Part shown: one piece after another, positions 9,946 through 22,218 of the stretch | Position numbering within the stretch: the stretch's first letter is position 1 | How the letters are laid out: each line of letters starts with the position of its first letter | Origin: Diplonema japonicum | Lineage: Eukaryota > Protista > Euglenozoa: Diplonemea | Direction: 5' to 3' | DNA: 64,000 nt | NCBI GenBank assembly: GCA_964019335.1 | Contig: OZ025736.1 | Coordinates: 344,492-408,491 of the forward strand | Program-made: the position numbers and the translations under genes | Notes under the pieces: model-generated | The model's database searches: none | The model's input: only the letters and a program-made list of their open reading frames with translations | What the model was told of the DNA's origin: nothing

Positions 9946-12900
9946 TTAGAACAATTTATCTCCTGCAGGGTCCTTCGCGCTTCCAAGCAAATAAAGAATT
10001 GACAGGGTGAAGCAGACACAGAGGCCTACAGTAATGGCCCACAGCAGCCGAGTGTTCCAGTTTCGAAGAACGGTCACGGGACCGAGGAAGAGGAGGTAGC
10101 AGGGAAAGATGCACAGACTGTGGAAAGATGAGATCAGCGTTACCATGATCATTATCTCTGCGATCCGGCGGTAGACCAAAATTTCACAGAGAAGGATAAC
10201 ACAGCTCGCCAGCAGAATGGTGCTGCAGGACACAGCCACCGGAACCCCCGTCCGCTGCAAGGCACCCGCAACTGCGGCCTCCCTTGTTGTCTCTCTTGCG
10301 AGTAGGCTTGATTGTGTAGCATGTATGTACTCCAAGTACCCCTCCATGATATGGATAGTGTACTCTGCAGCAATGCCCACCAGAAACGTTAGGCCAACCT
10401 GATTTTTTTTTTCTTTTTTTTTTTTTTGAACTATACCTGCTCCGGGGGTCCCAGTTCCCACCCCGCTAGTTTCATATATGACATTGTCAGGACCACGATT
10501 CCCATTCCAGACAGAGACGCCAGCACCTTTTTTTTTTTTTTTTTTCTTTTTTTTTTCTCTCCCATACCATCAATAACAAAGAACATGAAAAGACAATCGC
10601 GATCGCGGCGAACGCAGAACCACCCAAACCGATAGCATAAAGAGTACCGCTTCTTGCTTGTTGCTGCGAGAAAATTGGAACAGGATAATTTAAAAAAAAA
10701 AAATAAAAATAAAAAAAAAAAAAAATACCTCTGTAAAGTACTCAATCCACAAGGGAGACCATTGGAAAGGGCCTCCAAGAAGACCTGCTTTCCCTGAGTC
10801 GATATTTGTCACAGTCTTCATATAGTTCTCCCACCGATCGTACGTAGAGCGGACGTTGTTGCGCTGCTGGACGTCAGCAGGCAGCTTGAACCGAAGCCGT
10901 ACCCAAGCAACCCTGAAGGGGTTGGTTACATCCTGAAGATATGAGGGATCGGAAGTTGTGAAGCCTATGTAGTCCGATTTCTGCTTTTTCACGACAAACT
11001 GGTACAGTATCCAGTCGACCCAGGGTTCCATGCAAGGGAAGCGCAGCAGCCTTATCTCTTCGTTCGTACCTCCTTTGTACAGCTCTTCTTGACACCTCTC
11101 GCCACATTCTTTCATCATCTTTGGCAGTTGTGTGTCTCTGTAGACCACTACCACGTGTGACGCCAAGTACTGCGTCCAGTCATACATTACACATTCTCTG
11201 TGCGATTGGTCTACATACTTGAGACCATCTGCGTTATTCAGCATTCTGTTGCATCTGTCATTCAGCCACGCTTGAGAGTACCTAAAATCGAAGTCCTCTG
11301 CCCTTGGTATGCTCCCAGACATGAGGGTCGATGTGCCGTCCTGGAAAAAGGAGGATGTGTGGGTGTGTGTGTTTTTGTTGTAATACTTCGTTGTAGGCCC
11401 ATGTGTCTTCCTTTATGTTGGCGCCTGACTGTGGCTTCAAACCGGCAACGATTTCGACCTGCGTGTGGGAGAAGTTTGAGGTTTTAAAAAAAAAGGGGGG
11501 AGTGGGTGGGTACCATAAGCGGTTTCTCTATGTCGTCGCCTTCGGGGAACTCACACTCGCAATTCCCCGTGCCCCCGCACTCCCCGCAGGAGTCCGCCGG
11601 GACGCCGTCGTCGCACCCCAAACAGTTGTTGTTGAGGTACCCCGTCGAGTTGATGGTACTGAACATGTTGGTGCACACACCGCAATTATCCCTCCACTGT
11701 TTTTGTTTTGTTTTGTTTTGATTTGTTTTTTTGTTGTACCTTGAAGTGAGTGTCTGTAGCAGAGACCCCGTCGCATCCTAGGATTTCGCCTTGATTGTTG
11801 CAGGAAACGTGGCCAGCGGCGATAAGCTGTTGGGGGATCGAGGCGGGGAAGATGCAAATATCGCACTTGTCACCTCCCCAGTTCCCGAAGCATCTCTTCC
11901 CGGTCCCTGCACCGCAGAACTTGTACTTGTCGGGGACGTCTTCGTCGGCCGCGCCCTTAAGGCTGAGAGGGTAGGGCAGAGGGCAGTGCGAGTGTTCTCG
12001 GCATGTTTCGGGGCAGGTTGAACAGTCGTCACCCCCCCACACCCCACCGACGCATATGCATGCCACGGATCGCGGGTCGGACACTGTGTCGAGCTCAGGA
12101 CAGATTCCGGAGTTGGAACACGAATTCAGCTCGCAGTTCTTTCCGCCCCAGCACCCGATGCACACGCACTCCCCGTCGACTTTCTTGCCCCTCTTGTTGC
12201 AGTCTAGTTCCCACCTGCAGAACAAGCCGTCTTCGAAATCAGGGTCGCACACACATTCGCCGGTGGCATGATCTAGCTCACCGTGGTCGCATTTGCTTCG
12301 CTGCTTATGCGTGCAGTTGAGGCCGACACCCGCAATGCTCTCCACCCCGCGTGGGATGGAGTAGGTCGAGGTGTTTGTTGTGTTCTCGTCGGACTCGTAT
12401 TTGAACCTGTCACACATCGTGCACATGCACCGCCCCTCGTCTTGTGTAGGTGCGAATGTCGGGTCAGTGCTGCACTTGCACCCGCAGTCATCGGTGCCGT
12501 TCGATGCGTTGCCGCCGACTTGGCAGTCGTTGCTGCACAGCTGTGTGCCGTCAGGCCAGGTCTTCAGCTCATCGATGTCGGTAGGGATGAAGCCCTCCGC
12601 GCATACCCCGCAGTCGCCCGACTTGTGGAGTATTGGGTCGTATTCCTCACCCGGTGTGTGCGCCCAGAACCCTAGGTTGTAGCTGCTGTGGCACACGCAC
12701 TCTCCAGTTATGGGATCGCACGTGCCCCTTTCCTGCCTACATGTCTGAATGGTGCACATCACGTTGCAGTTCGCCTTGTACCCCGCGGTCCCCGGTGTCC
12801 CTAAAGGTCTCGGGAAGTGCTCTTTCTTTGCGTTATCCTTACCTTCCAAGAAGCACAGGTTGCAGTTGCCATGTTTAGGCTTTGTGGCACACATTGCAGA

Positions 12901-15900
12901 CTCGTCTTTGCATTTGTTCTTCACCGGGACAAGGGAGAGGCCACACCCGGTGCCTGTCTTGACGTAGACCGTTGTGCCCTCAGAGCCGGGAAGGTAGCAG
13001 GTCCCACAGTCGTCATAAACCCAGCCTGCGGTGTAGTTGGTGTTGACCGCGCCGCAGGGCTTAGCTTGGTCTACACAGTAGCCCTCTGACCATCTGCAGG
13101 GGTTGCTCTCGCAGGTTGTTTTCACCGTGTGCACCATGCAGTTAGACTGCTGCCCCACGCAATCCACGCATTGGTTGCCGCCACCGCAGATACCACATGT
13201 GTCCATTTGGTTGAACATCTGTTTCCCGCAGGTCTCGTAGGCTTGCTTGTCGCTAGACAACTGCGTCCCGTGTGGATTCCCTTTCCCGAATGGCGCTGGG
13301 AAGTCAGTGTACGGCCTGTGGAACGGACCGCAGTAGTCGCAACTTCCTTTGATGGGGAACTGCTCCCTGACCTCCTTGAACTTCTCGTAAGTGCTTTGGT
13401 AGTCGAGCAAACGCGGCGCTTCCGGGCTGGCTTCCAACTGTGACAGCACCAAGATGATGAACAGCAAAAGCTTTAACGCGTACCCTAGCAAGATGAACGG
13501 GTACGCCGCTCCTAGAAAAGGCGTGTACACATTGTAGAAAAACCTCTCTAGTACGGTATAGCCTTCGTGCTTCTCACGCTTGCCCATGATGCGGCGGTCT
13601 TTTTCTTCGCGGGTCTCCCCCACACGCTTCCCGAACCTTCCGAACCTCCTCTTGACTTGCCCCCTGCGGGTCCACCAGTCGGACACCAACGTGCAGCAGT
13701 TGGTAAGGTTGCTCCACCAAGTGGTTTTCGTGTTTTGTTGCTTTGTGTTTACCTCAGGCGCGTTGCCCAACGGTACCTCTCTGAACGTCTCGTCGTTGTT
13801 GCGGTTGCTGTTGTCTTGTTCGCCCGCCTGGGCGGCGTTGCCCTCGGCCACGGGGAGTGGGTCCACTTCCTCAGCGGTGATAGTATCATCCCTTGCGGCT
13901 TCCTCAGGCATGTCCCACTCGATGCCGCTTGTGACGTGTCGCACCTCGTCGTTCGACTCTGCGATTATCTGCGCGATCATCGGCAGCTTCTTCACACAGT
14001 CAAGCTTCCTCTGCGAAGAGGGATCGACGAAGAGGTCCTCGCCAAGGTAGGTCGAGACGTGCATGTTCTTGCTCTCCTCATCCCAGTGCTGTCTGTACCT
14101 GTCTCTGTATGTGGCCATGTCCACTGCTCCTTCAAATGTGTCAGTCTGAGCTGGCAGTGTGAGGCTCTTTGCTATTCCGGTCTCCAAAGCCGTGTAGGGA
14201 ACGGGGATCTGGATGATGCTGCTGTAGGGCTGCTTCCTGCGGCACCGTTGCGGGCGGGTCATGGCACCCGAGAACTGCTCGAACGTGGCCTCCTGCTCGG
14301 CGGCGATCTCTTCAGTGGTCTTCTGTTTCTTCGGGCGGAGCTTTGCTTGTAGCTTCCCGAAACGTCCACCTGCTTCGCCAAACATAACCTTCAGCTTGTC
14401 CGCGTCTGTCTCCGTTGCAGGAGCAGGGAGAGGAGGCTCTTCGATGGCTGTGTACATGGTGGGGACGTTGTTCGTTTTCCTGCTAATTAAGTCGAAAGCA
14501 CGGAGCGTCTGGCGAAGGATGGGCGGGTGCACAAGATGGCGGCGGCGAAGCAAGATCTCCTTCCTGCGTTGCGTGTTACGCCTACGGCGCGACACATGGT
14601 AGTGATGAAGGATCAAGACACACGGGAAGAAGGTGAGAAACATGTAAATATTAATTAGCATAAGCCACAGCATGAATACACCGTTGTCCCGAATTGCGGG
14701 GACGGGTGAGATGGCGTTCATGATGAACGCGACGCCTGCGGTGATGTGGGAAATGGTCACGCCCGCACCGGCTTTTCTGAAACAGAAAGCAAGGCGCTGG
14801 GGAACGTTCAAGGTGTTCTTCCTCCCGTTGGTCTCCATAAACGCAGACTGCCGAAACGTGTTAAAAAACACCATGACCCCGTTGAGGCTTACAGTCATCA
14901 GCACATAAAACGAGAGCAGTGTGAGTAACGACAACGGTTTGTCCTTAGTTTTTATATGTATGAATGTCCCGGAGAAGTACGTCAAAGTAAGTTGAAATAT
15001 AGCCATCGTTGCTATAAAGAAGGAATGGGTGTAGAACCAACACGCTCCGAGCACTATCATGACAGCCATGAACACGTACCAGAAGTCCTTGTCCATTGCC
15101 TCGTCTAGCTTTGATTCTAAGATACCATCACCGCCAAATGTGACTTGAAGATTCGGCGGGATATGAGTAAGCCACAGCCTCTCCAAATTACTCTTTGACG
15201 GTGTAGGGTTGCCGTCGGCAACAGCGGAGACAACTGCGTCCAAATATGCTGTTAGAAAGCTGTAAAATCTGTTGAGGTGCTTTTGAGCCTCCGATTTCGA
15301 CGTTATCTCCTTCCCGTCAACGACGAACGGACGGCCGATTATAATCTGAGAACGCAGGAGTAGTGATGTCGATGCAGAACTCCCGTCTTTGTTTTGGTAC
15401 GCATCTGTGAACCAGTTCCACGAAGGATTTTGGCTGAAAAGCTTCAGAACGTCCTCTTCGTGTGTTTGAAACACGTCAGGGTCGACCCGTTGATCAGCTG
15501 GACCGTCGAGCGTTTTATAATGAAAATCCCAGAACAATCTCCAAGGACTTCCTGCTATCGTGTCGGACTTAATATCCCCAGGGAAATAATATTGTGCGAA
15601 TGACGTAAACGGCGTGCAGGGTCTGTTGTCAACAAGGGTTGAAACTCCGTTCTTTCGGGTGCTTTTGTAGCAGACTCCCCAGAATAACGGGAGTATCCGG
15701 ATTCGCTGCTCAACTTGTTTTATGAAACGGAGGTAGTCCTCGCGTTGCAAAAGGTTGAACTCTTCCCGGAACGATTTTGCCTTCTCCTCGGAGTTCGCGC
15801 ACTCCCGGAGCTTGTCCTGATCCCGGACTTTAATTTTAAATTGAAGATCAACACGTTTCCAAGGAAGCCCTTGGCTTGACACCGAACTTACTTCAGAGTC

Positions 15901-16296
15901 TAAACCGGATTCCTCATTGTACGCGTATACTTCTAAAATTCTGTCCCAGTCTGTACTTGCAGCTTCGACAACATCCCGCTTGCGTACAGTTGAATGGTCT
16001 GAAATTTCAAAACTCTCGAGGAGGGTGTCAAAGTCCATTACATCACTGCTGAAGAGGCTCACGCAAGTTAGGAAGAATGGGATGACGCTGAAGACTAATA
16101 TGCAGATAGTTGGGTAGCTGGCGATGAGGGTTGTATAGGCGTATGTGGGGTATCTTTTACCGATGACCGGTGTCGGCCGTTGTGGTAGCCCTCGAGACGA
16201 CGACGCCCCCCCCGTTGCCACTCCTTGCCCTGGTGCTCCCACCGGCGCTACCTGCCCTTTTTTATTCATCCTACCCAAACTCCCTACCTGCCCCAT
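9946..16296 (-). CDS. Dispatched/Patched-family (RND, sterol-sensing domain) protein with a large Cys-rich/EGF insert; exons 16296-11740, 11696-11514, 11458-11387, 11340-10729, 10663-10568, 10526-10437, 10398-9946 (2020 aa)
   Basis: SSD-like TM cluster (RLAFCFRKAGAGVTISHITAGVAF...SPVPAIRDNGVF); second TM cluster (GWELG...VGIAAEYTIHIMEGYL...ALQRTGVPV). Six phase-0 GT-AG introns give one continuous frame. Confidence 0.8.
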
Positions 16297-16493
16297 TTTT
16301 TTTCTTTTTTTTTTTAAAAAGAATTATTTAGTGTAAAAACGGCGGTTGGGATCGCTGGGGGGGGGGGGGGGGGGAGAGGGGGGGAAGGGGGGATTCTTTT
16401 TTATATTAATTGTCCCTTCTTCTTCTTTTTTTTTTAATTCTTCTTCTTTTTTTCTTCCCCCCGCCCGGGCCCCCGCCCCTCTCCCCACCTCCT

Positions 16494-16525
<32 letters not shown>

Positions 16526-16771
16526 GTTTTGGTGTGTTGATTTTTTTTTTTAATGCGAGTATTGGGTGGGGAGGATAAATAAGAGAATAAGAAAAAAAAA
16601 TTATTAAAATAATGGAAAAAAAAAATGTGAAGATTCAGATGGGGGGGGGGGGGGGGGGATGGGTGGGATAACAGAAAAAATTATCATCTCATAGTGAAAC
16701 CCCTGTCACAAAAGAACAATAAAAAAAACCAACAATAAAACATCATCAAAAAAAAAAAAAAAAAAAAAAAA

Positions 16772-17476
16772 GAGATGAGATAAAGGAGGTTCCTGTTTTG
16801 GAACGTCCCCCTTGTCTCTACTTATCTACCCCTTTCTCCCTTCTGGGGCCTCGGCCTTTCTTTCTTTTTTGGCTGTGTTGCCTTTCTCAAAATATCCTCC
16901 CTTTCTTCTTGCCACTTTCTGCCCAGTTTCTTAAGGTCCTTCTTGGTTTTCTCTGATGCAAAAACTGGCCTTCTGTTCCATCCCAGACTCTTCTTCGCAC
17001 CTATGGTTCTAAGCGCGTGGTTCTTCTGGCTCTCCGCTGGGAAGATCCGCTTGCCTCTGACCTTCTTCTGTATACGTGCCGTGTCCCACCCCTCTTGGAT
17101 TCTTTCCAGGAGGCCGTGGAAACTCCGCGCTTTCTTCTGTATCATGTCTAGATCACCCTTCTTCCCCGTGATCGGCTCGACGCCCAGCGTCTTCTCGAAG
17201 TCTAGTACGAGTTCCATTGTGGTGACTGTCGTCTTCCTCGGTCCATCGTACCACTTCAGCTTTCTGTGCCACTTGACGATGTCTTCACCGTGCTTCATCA
17301 TCAGGCTCCCGCTCACATGCTTCCTCAGCTCCTTCCATTCAGGTGGCGCATGAGCGTTTCCTTCCGTTATCTGTTCCCAGGGGTGGGTCGTGTACGTTTC
17401 TAGCATTCTCTTGTCCTGGAGAAGCTGGTCTCGTTTTGCCACCACTTCCAGCAAGTAGTACTGCGTCTTCCTCAGC

Positions 17477-17477
<1 letters not shown>
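16772..17477 (-). mobile_element. Probable 5'-truncated non-LTR retrotransposon 3' fragment (ORF end at 16822)
   Basis: Open frame begins abruptly at a poly(T) tract with no genuine start codon; K/R/E-rich composition unlike host genes; W..L.W...ELVLDFE segment resembles C-terminal regions of protist LINE ORFs (from memory); short 3' UTR hairpin GGACGTTCC/GGAACCTCC; homopolymer tracts on both sides. Confidence 0.45.
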
Positions 17478-17526
<49 letters not shown>

Positions 17527-17930
17527 AGAGAAACGGACGTAGACCACGGTCTTTTTAGCGTCTTGCTAGCGACAAGTAAGAAGACAAAACCAAGCTATCG
17601 AATACTTATGACGGTGAAGACAGAAAAAAAAAAAAAAAAGAAAAAGAAAGAAAGGGTTAAAACTGTGAGGATGGATTACTCGTCTTTACGTTAGTAATGC
17701 ACCTCATCACCTTGCCTTTCCTCAAAATACCCTGGGGTTCCCTCTCACAAAAAAAAAAAAAAAATCGATCTCTTAACGTCAATGTGACACAAGTTAAACG
17801 GCGCTCAGTAACGACGCAGTCGCTTCCAAGTACATGGTTGGGGGGGGGGGGGGGGGGGTGGCCCCATCCTGTTTTGAAAGGTCGGTCTGTGCCTAGGGTG
17901 ACGACAAGTCTCCCTGCAGAGCACCTGTCA

Positions 17931-18017
17931 CCCTGGCACAAACTTCCCTGAAATGACTCGCTTAAGGGGAGGTGTCGTTACGCACCTAGACCCAGCCAAA
18001 GGTCTTGCTGCCCCTTT
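17931..18017 (+). repeat. Repeat family A, copy 2
   Basis: CCCTGGC...CTCGCTTAAGGGGAGGTGTCGTTACGCACCTAGACC...GGTCTTGCTGCCCCTTT. Confidence 0.7.
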
Positions 18018-18468
18018 GAAAGAACGGAAAAACGCAAGAATTGAATTCCATCATTATTTTCATTTTATATTTTCTTCCCTCTTTTCGCACAAAAAAAAAA
18101 AATGTGGAGCTAGCTCATGTGATTTATTATTTCAGTTGCGTTTTTTTACTTTTTTACTTTTTTTTTTTTTTTTTTTTTGTGCTCCCGTTTGTCGGGATTT
18201 CGGGGGTGGTGGGTGGAACAGGTGACAGGTTTCCTTTTTTTTGTTCTTTCATGGAAAGAAAAACAAAAAAAATAACACCGTTTGAATAATAATGTAATAT
18301 AATAATATAAAAAAACCCCCCCTCCCCCCCCCCCTTTTTTTTTAATATCAACCAGAACCCTTGCCATCGCAGGGAACGTTAAAAAAAAACCCTTTCTTTT
18401 TTCTTTGAATTTTGATTCTTTCTTTTTCTATTCAAATTCCCTTTTTTCTTTCATGTATTTTGTGGCAA

Positions 18469-18500
<32 letters not shown>

Positions 18501-19046
18501 TGTAGCTTTGGCTGTTTGTTTTCCTGCATTCAGGATATAACTAATCCTGGACGGGCTTTATTTCTCGAGAAACCTTTCCCGTTCGCTTTTTTGCAGCTGT
18601 ACATGAAAGCGTTTCTGCTTGTGCTGTTCAAGGCAAAACGGGAGGGGGAAAAAAAGAAAAGAAAAAGCGATGCTTTTAGGGAAACCCCACTACTTGCGGA
18701 CCTTCGCTTTCGTCCAAAAGGGGTTCCACTCGTGTATCTTCCCGATTCGTTTTTTTGATCTTTCGTGCTTTTCTGTTTCTACGTCCTTGCGTCACTCCTA
18801 GTGCTCTGCGTGTGCGGCGCCTGCGGGGAAGAAGGGGGGGGACCTTCCCGCTGATAAAAAGAGATTTTACATGTTACAAAACCACATTTTATATTGCTAG
18901 ACTTTCTGTTTTTTTTTTTTTTTTACTTCTAAGAAATGGGGTGTATCTCTCTTCTTTTTCTCCCCCCTCCAACTTTTTCTGTGAAAAAAAAAAAAGACAC
19001 TCAGACCCTTTAAACCACAAGGGTATTACAACATAAGTAAAGGACC

Positions 19047-19082
<36 letters not shown>

Positions 19083-19129
19083 AAGTGAAACCATTCTGTT
19101 GAGTAATTCTAAATATCCAAAACTTTTTT

Positions 19130-20491
19130 TTACAATTCATCCTGTCCATGTCCGGTGCTATCCAGACCCGAGTACCCCGTGCTATCCAAACCCGAATACC
19201 CTGTGCTGTCAAGACCGGAGAGCGAGGAGTAAGAAACACTGTTTGAACGAGAGGCGATTTTGCGAGAGGCGGACAAACGCCGTTTCCTGAGCATGGACTT
19301 GACCTTCACCATGAGGACCACCTTGTTCACGGCGGTCGTGATTTCTGTTTCCGTGACGTTAATAGGAGAGAAGTCCCTAGAACAGGCACCCCTGCCTGCT
19401 AGGTAGGGATGCGCCAGCACCTCATCAAGCTTAATCCGCGCAAAGGGGTCTTTGTTCAACAGTCTTTTGAGCAGCTCAGCAATTTCGCTTTCTTCCTCTT
19501 CATCGTCTCTTCCAAAAAGGTTGTCACGGTGTACAGACAGAGTGATCCGTCCTATATTGGAACCCTTGAAAGGCAGCTCCCCGTATTTTAAACAAAACAG
19601 TGTCACCCCTAGTGCCCACACATCAACCGCGAAAGGATCGATTTTTACATCTGTTGAGGTACCGAGGGCTTCCGGGGGTGAGAAAGCGGGGGTCCCGTTC
19701 CCCCGGAGCTCTTGGTGGTGGATGAAGCTTGAGACGCCGAAATCCGCTATTTTTATACGCCCGTCTGAAGATTCTAAAAGATTGTCCGGTTTGAGATCTT
19801 TGTGGAGAACACCTTGCGCGTGGAGATATTGAAGACCGCCTGCCACGTCTGCGAGAAGTCTTTTGAGTTTTTTGTCGGGAAGCGGTGATTTGTCGAGTTT
19901 TCCGGAGGCGAGGAGTGACGCCACGGGGCCGTTTTCGACATGGTCTAGAACAAGGTAAACCTTCTCTGAGGTCTCATCATCAATGACTTCGTGTAGGCGA
20001 ACAAGGTTCGGGTGGTTGAGCTTCTTCATGATCGCGATTTCTCGCTTGTACTTTGCCTTGACCCTCGATTTCTGCATGATTTTAATGGCAACTGGATCAC
20101 CTGTATCGTCGTTGTAGGCTAGTTTAACCTTTCCGTAGGCGCCCTGCCCTATGTCGGAAATGACCAGGTATTGGTTGATGCTTTTGTTGCCTTCTTCGTC
20201 CCTTATTACTTCTACAGAGGTTGTTTCTCTCACGAAATGGGGGGGTAGTCGTGCAGCGGGTGAACCTGGAGGCGATGACGGAGACGAAGAACCTTCCGTT
20301 TCGAACCCTGACGATGCTGTTGAGGAGGATCTGAGGTAGTCACGGCTTTGGTTCACGGTTCGTCGCTCTTCCTGCTTCTTGGAAGAGGAGCAGCAGCCTG
20401 TGGTGGCGTAGGCCACCGCAGCGCCCAGTGCCGTTCCCGCTGCCAGAGTGTACTTATATCCGTCCATTTTATGTTGTGGGCTTTCTCCCAT
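19130..20491 (-). CDS. CaMKK-like Ser/Thr kinase with N-terminal hydrophobic anchor
   Basis: INQY...IGQGAYGKVKLA, VAIK, HKDLKPDN, DFG, GTPAFSPPE, DVWALGVTL; CaMKK-type basic tail VVLMVKVKSMLRKRR. Confidence 0.85.
   Translation of the reverse strand: MGESPQHKMDGYKYTLAAGTALGAAVAYATTGCCSSSKKQEERRTVNQSRDYLRSSSTASSGFETEGSSSPSSPPGSPAARLPPHFVRETTSVEVIRDEEGNKSINQYLVISDIGQGAYGKVKLAYNDDTGDPVAIKIMQKSRVKAKYKREIAIMKKLNHPNLVRLHEVIDDETSEKVYLVLDHVENGPVASLLASGKLDKSPLPDKKLKRLLADVAGGLQYLHAQGVLHKDLKPDNLLESSDGRIKIADFGVSSFIHHQELRGNGTPAFSPPEALGTSTDVKIDPFAVDVWALGVTLFCLKYGELPFKGSNIGRITLSVHRDNLFGRDDEEEESEIAELLKRLLNKDPFARIKLDEVLAHPYLAGRGACSRDFSPINVTETEITTAVNKVVLMVKVKSMLRKRRLSASRKIASRSNSVSYSSLSGLDSTGYSGLDSTGYSGLDSTGHGQDEL
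19155..19220 (-). repeat. 24-bp coding tandem repeat (about 3 copies, YSGLDSTG)
   Basis: Units start at 19155, 19179 and 19203 on the + strand. Confidence 0.85.
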
Positions 20492-21313
20492 CGTTTTTTT
20501 TTTTTTTTTGTTTTTCTACTTTTTTCCCCCCCTTCTCCCCCCCCCCGCTCTACCCCCTTGGTTTTTTTTTTTTTTTTTTCTCCCCAGGGTCCTCTTATAT
20601 CGTGATTAAAAAGAAGAAGAAAAAAGGAGGGGGGGGGGAAAGAAAATATGAGTGAGGAAAATAATAAAAAAAAAAACATTAAAAAAAAAAAAACAGGAGG
20701 GTTTTTGGTGAGAGGGTCATCAACACTTTTTTTTTATGGATTTTCTTTTTTTTTGTTCTTGATAAAGTAAAGTAAACGCAGGGAGTGAGGGGGGTAATAT
20801 ATAAAAAAAAGAAATGAAGTTGGACAGAAAGGAGGAAGGTTGGGGGGGGGGGGGGGTAAAGAGGAAAAAAAGAGGGGGTAACGAGGGAAAAAACAAAAGA
20901 AAAATATTTTTCTTCTCATGATTTGTCATTGATAAAAACGCGGGTGGAAAAATAAAATAAAAAATAATTGTGAACAAAAAAATGAAAAAAGGGGGGTTGC
21001 TGAAAAAAAGTATTCTTTTTCGGTATAAAATCGAGAGGAAGAAGAGAAAAGGGGGGAGGGAGAAAAGAAAAAGAAAAAGGGGGAAAAAAAAATGAAATGT
21101 ATGTAACTATGTGTGGTGCCGCAAGTAAAAATAAAAATTATTTCTTTTTTTTTTGTACACGGAAAAAAAAAAAAAAAAAAAAAAAGCAAATCTCCCCTCC
21201 CTTTTTTTTTCCTCTTGAAATGATCTTGCACAAATACACTATTTTCACCCCCTCTTTTTTTTTTCCTTTTTTTTTCTCTCTCTTTTTTTTTTAAAGTCTT
21301 ATTTATTTGCGGG

Positions 21314-21346
<33 letters not shown>

Positions 21347-21354
21347 CCCCCTTT

Positions 21355-22187
21355 CTATTCCTTCTTGCTCTTCTTCGACTTCTTAGCCGGCTTTTCATCG
21401 ACGTCCTCGGCCTTACGTTTCTTCTCCTTCTTCTCCTTCTTTTCCTTCTTCTCCTTCTTGGGCTTGTCCTGTGTTAAAAAAAAAAAAAAATGATTTTTTT
21501 TTTTTAACACAAAAAAAAAAAAAAAAAAAAAAAAACACACCTCCACAAAAACGAGCGGCTCAGCCTTTGAAGCATCAGCATCGGCCTGCTTCTCCTCCCT
21601 GTTGTAGGTCTCGTCTCCCTTCTTGTCGGTTTTGGTCTTCTTGCGAAGACCGAATCCAACAGACCCATCAAGGGACATGAGTCTGGCCTCAACCCTCTCT
21701 CTGTAGGCGTTACCAGCCTCAGCAGAAGCAGTAGTGTCCTGGTTGAAGGAGTCGATCCTTGCTGCGAGGGACGTCTTGGCAGCAAGCACACGGGCCATCT
21801 TACCCTTGTGCTCCTTCTGCGCCTGCCCGATAAGGGAGGTGTTGAAGATGAGACCGTACTTAGGGGTTGCCTCACGCGCCTTCAGGGCCTTGAAAAGTGC
21901 CTTTTCGGCACCGAGCAACTGAACGGTAGAGGCAGGGTGCTTGGCAAGCTGGAGCAGCGATCCCGCCTTTGACACCAAACGAGCTCCAACAAGCTCGCCA
22001 ACCATGGCAGTCAGGTTGGGCGCGATGGCCTGCATCCTGTGGCGGAGGTACTCACCAAGCTGCTCCCTGTAGTCTTGCATCTCAACAGACTCCCTTGCAA
22101 GCTTGGTCACATTGTCAATGTCATCAGTAGAGATGTCAGAACCCATCGACACGGCGGCAACCTATTTTTTTTTTTTTTTTTCTTTCC

Positions 22188-22218
<31 letters not shown>

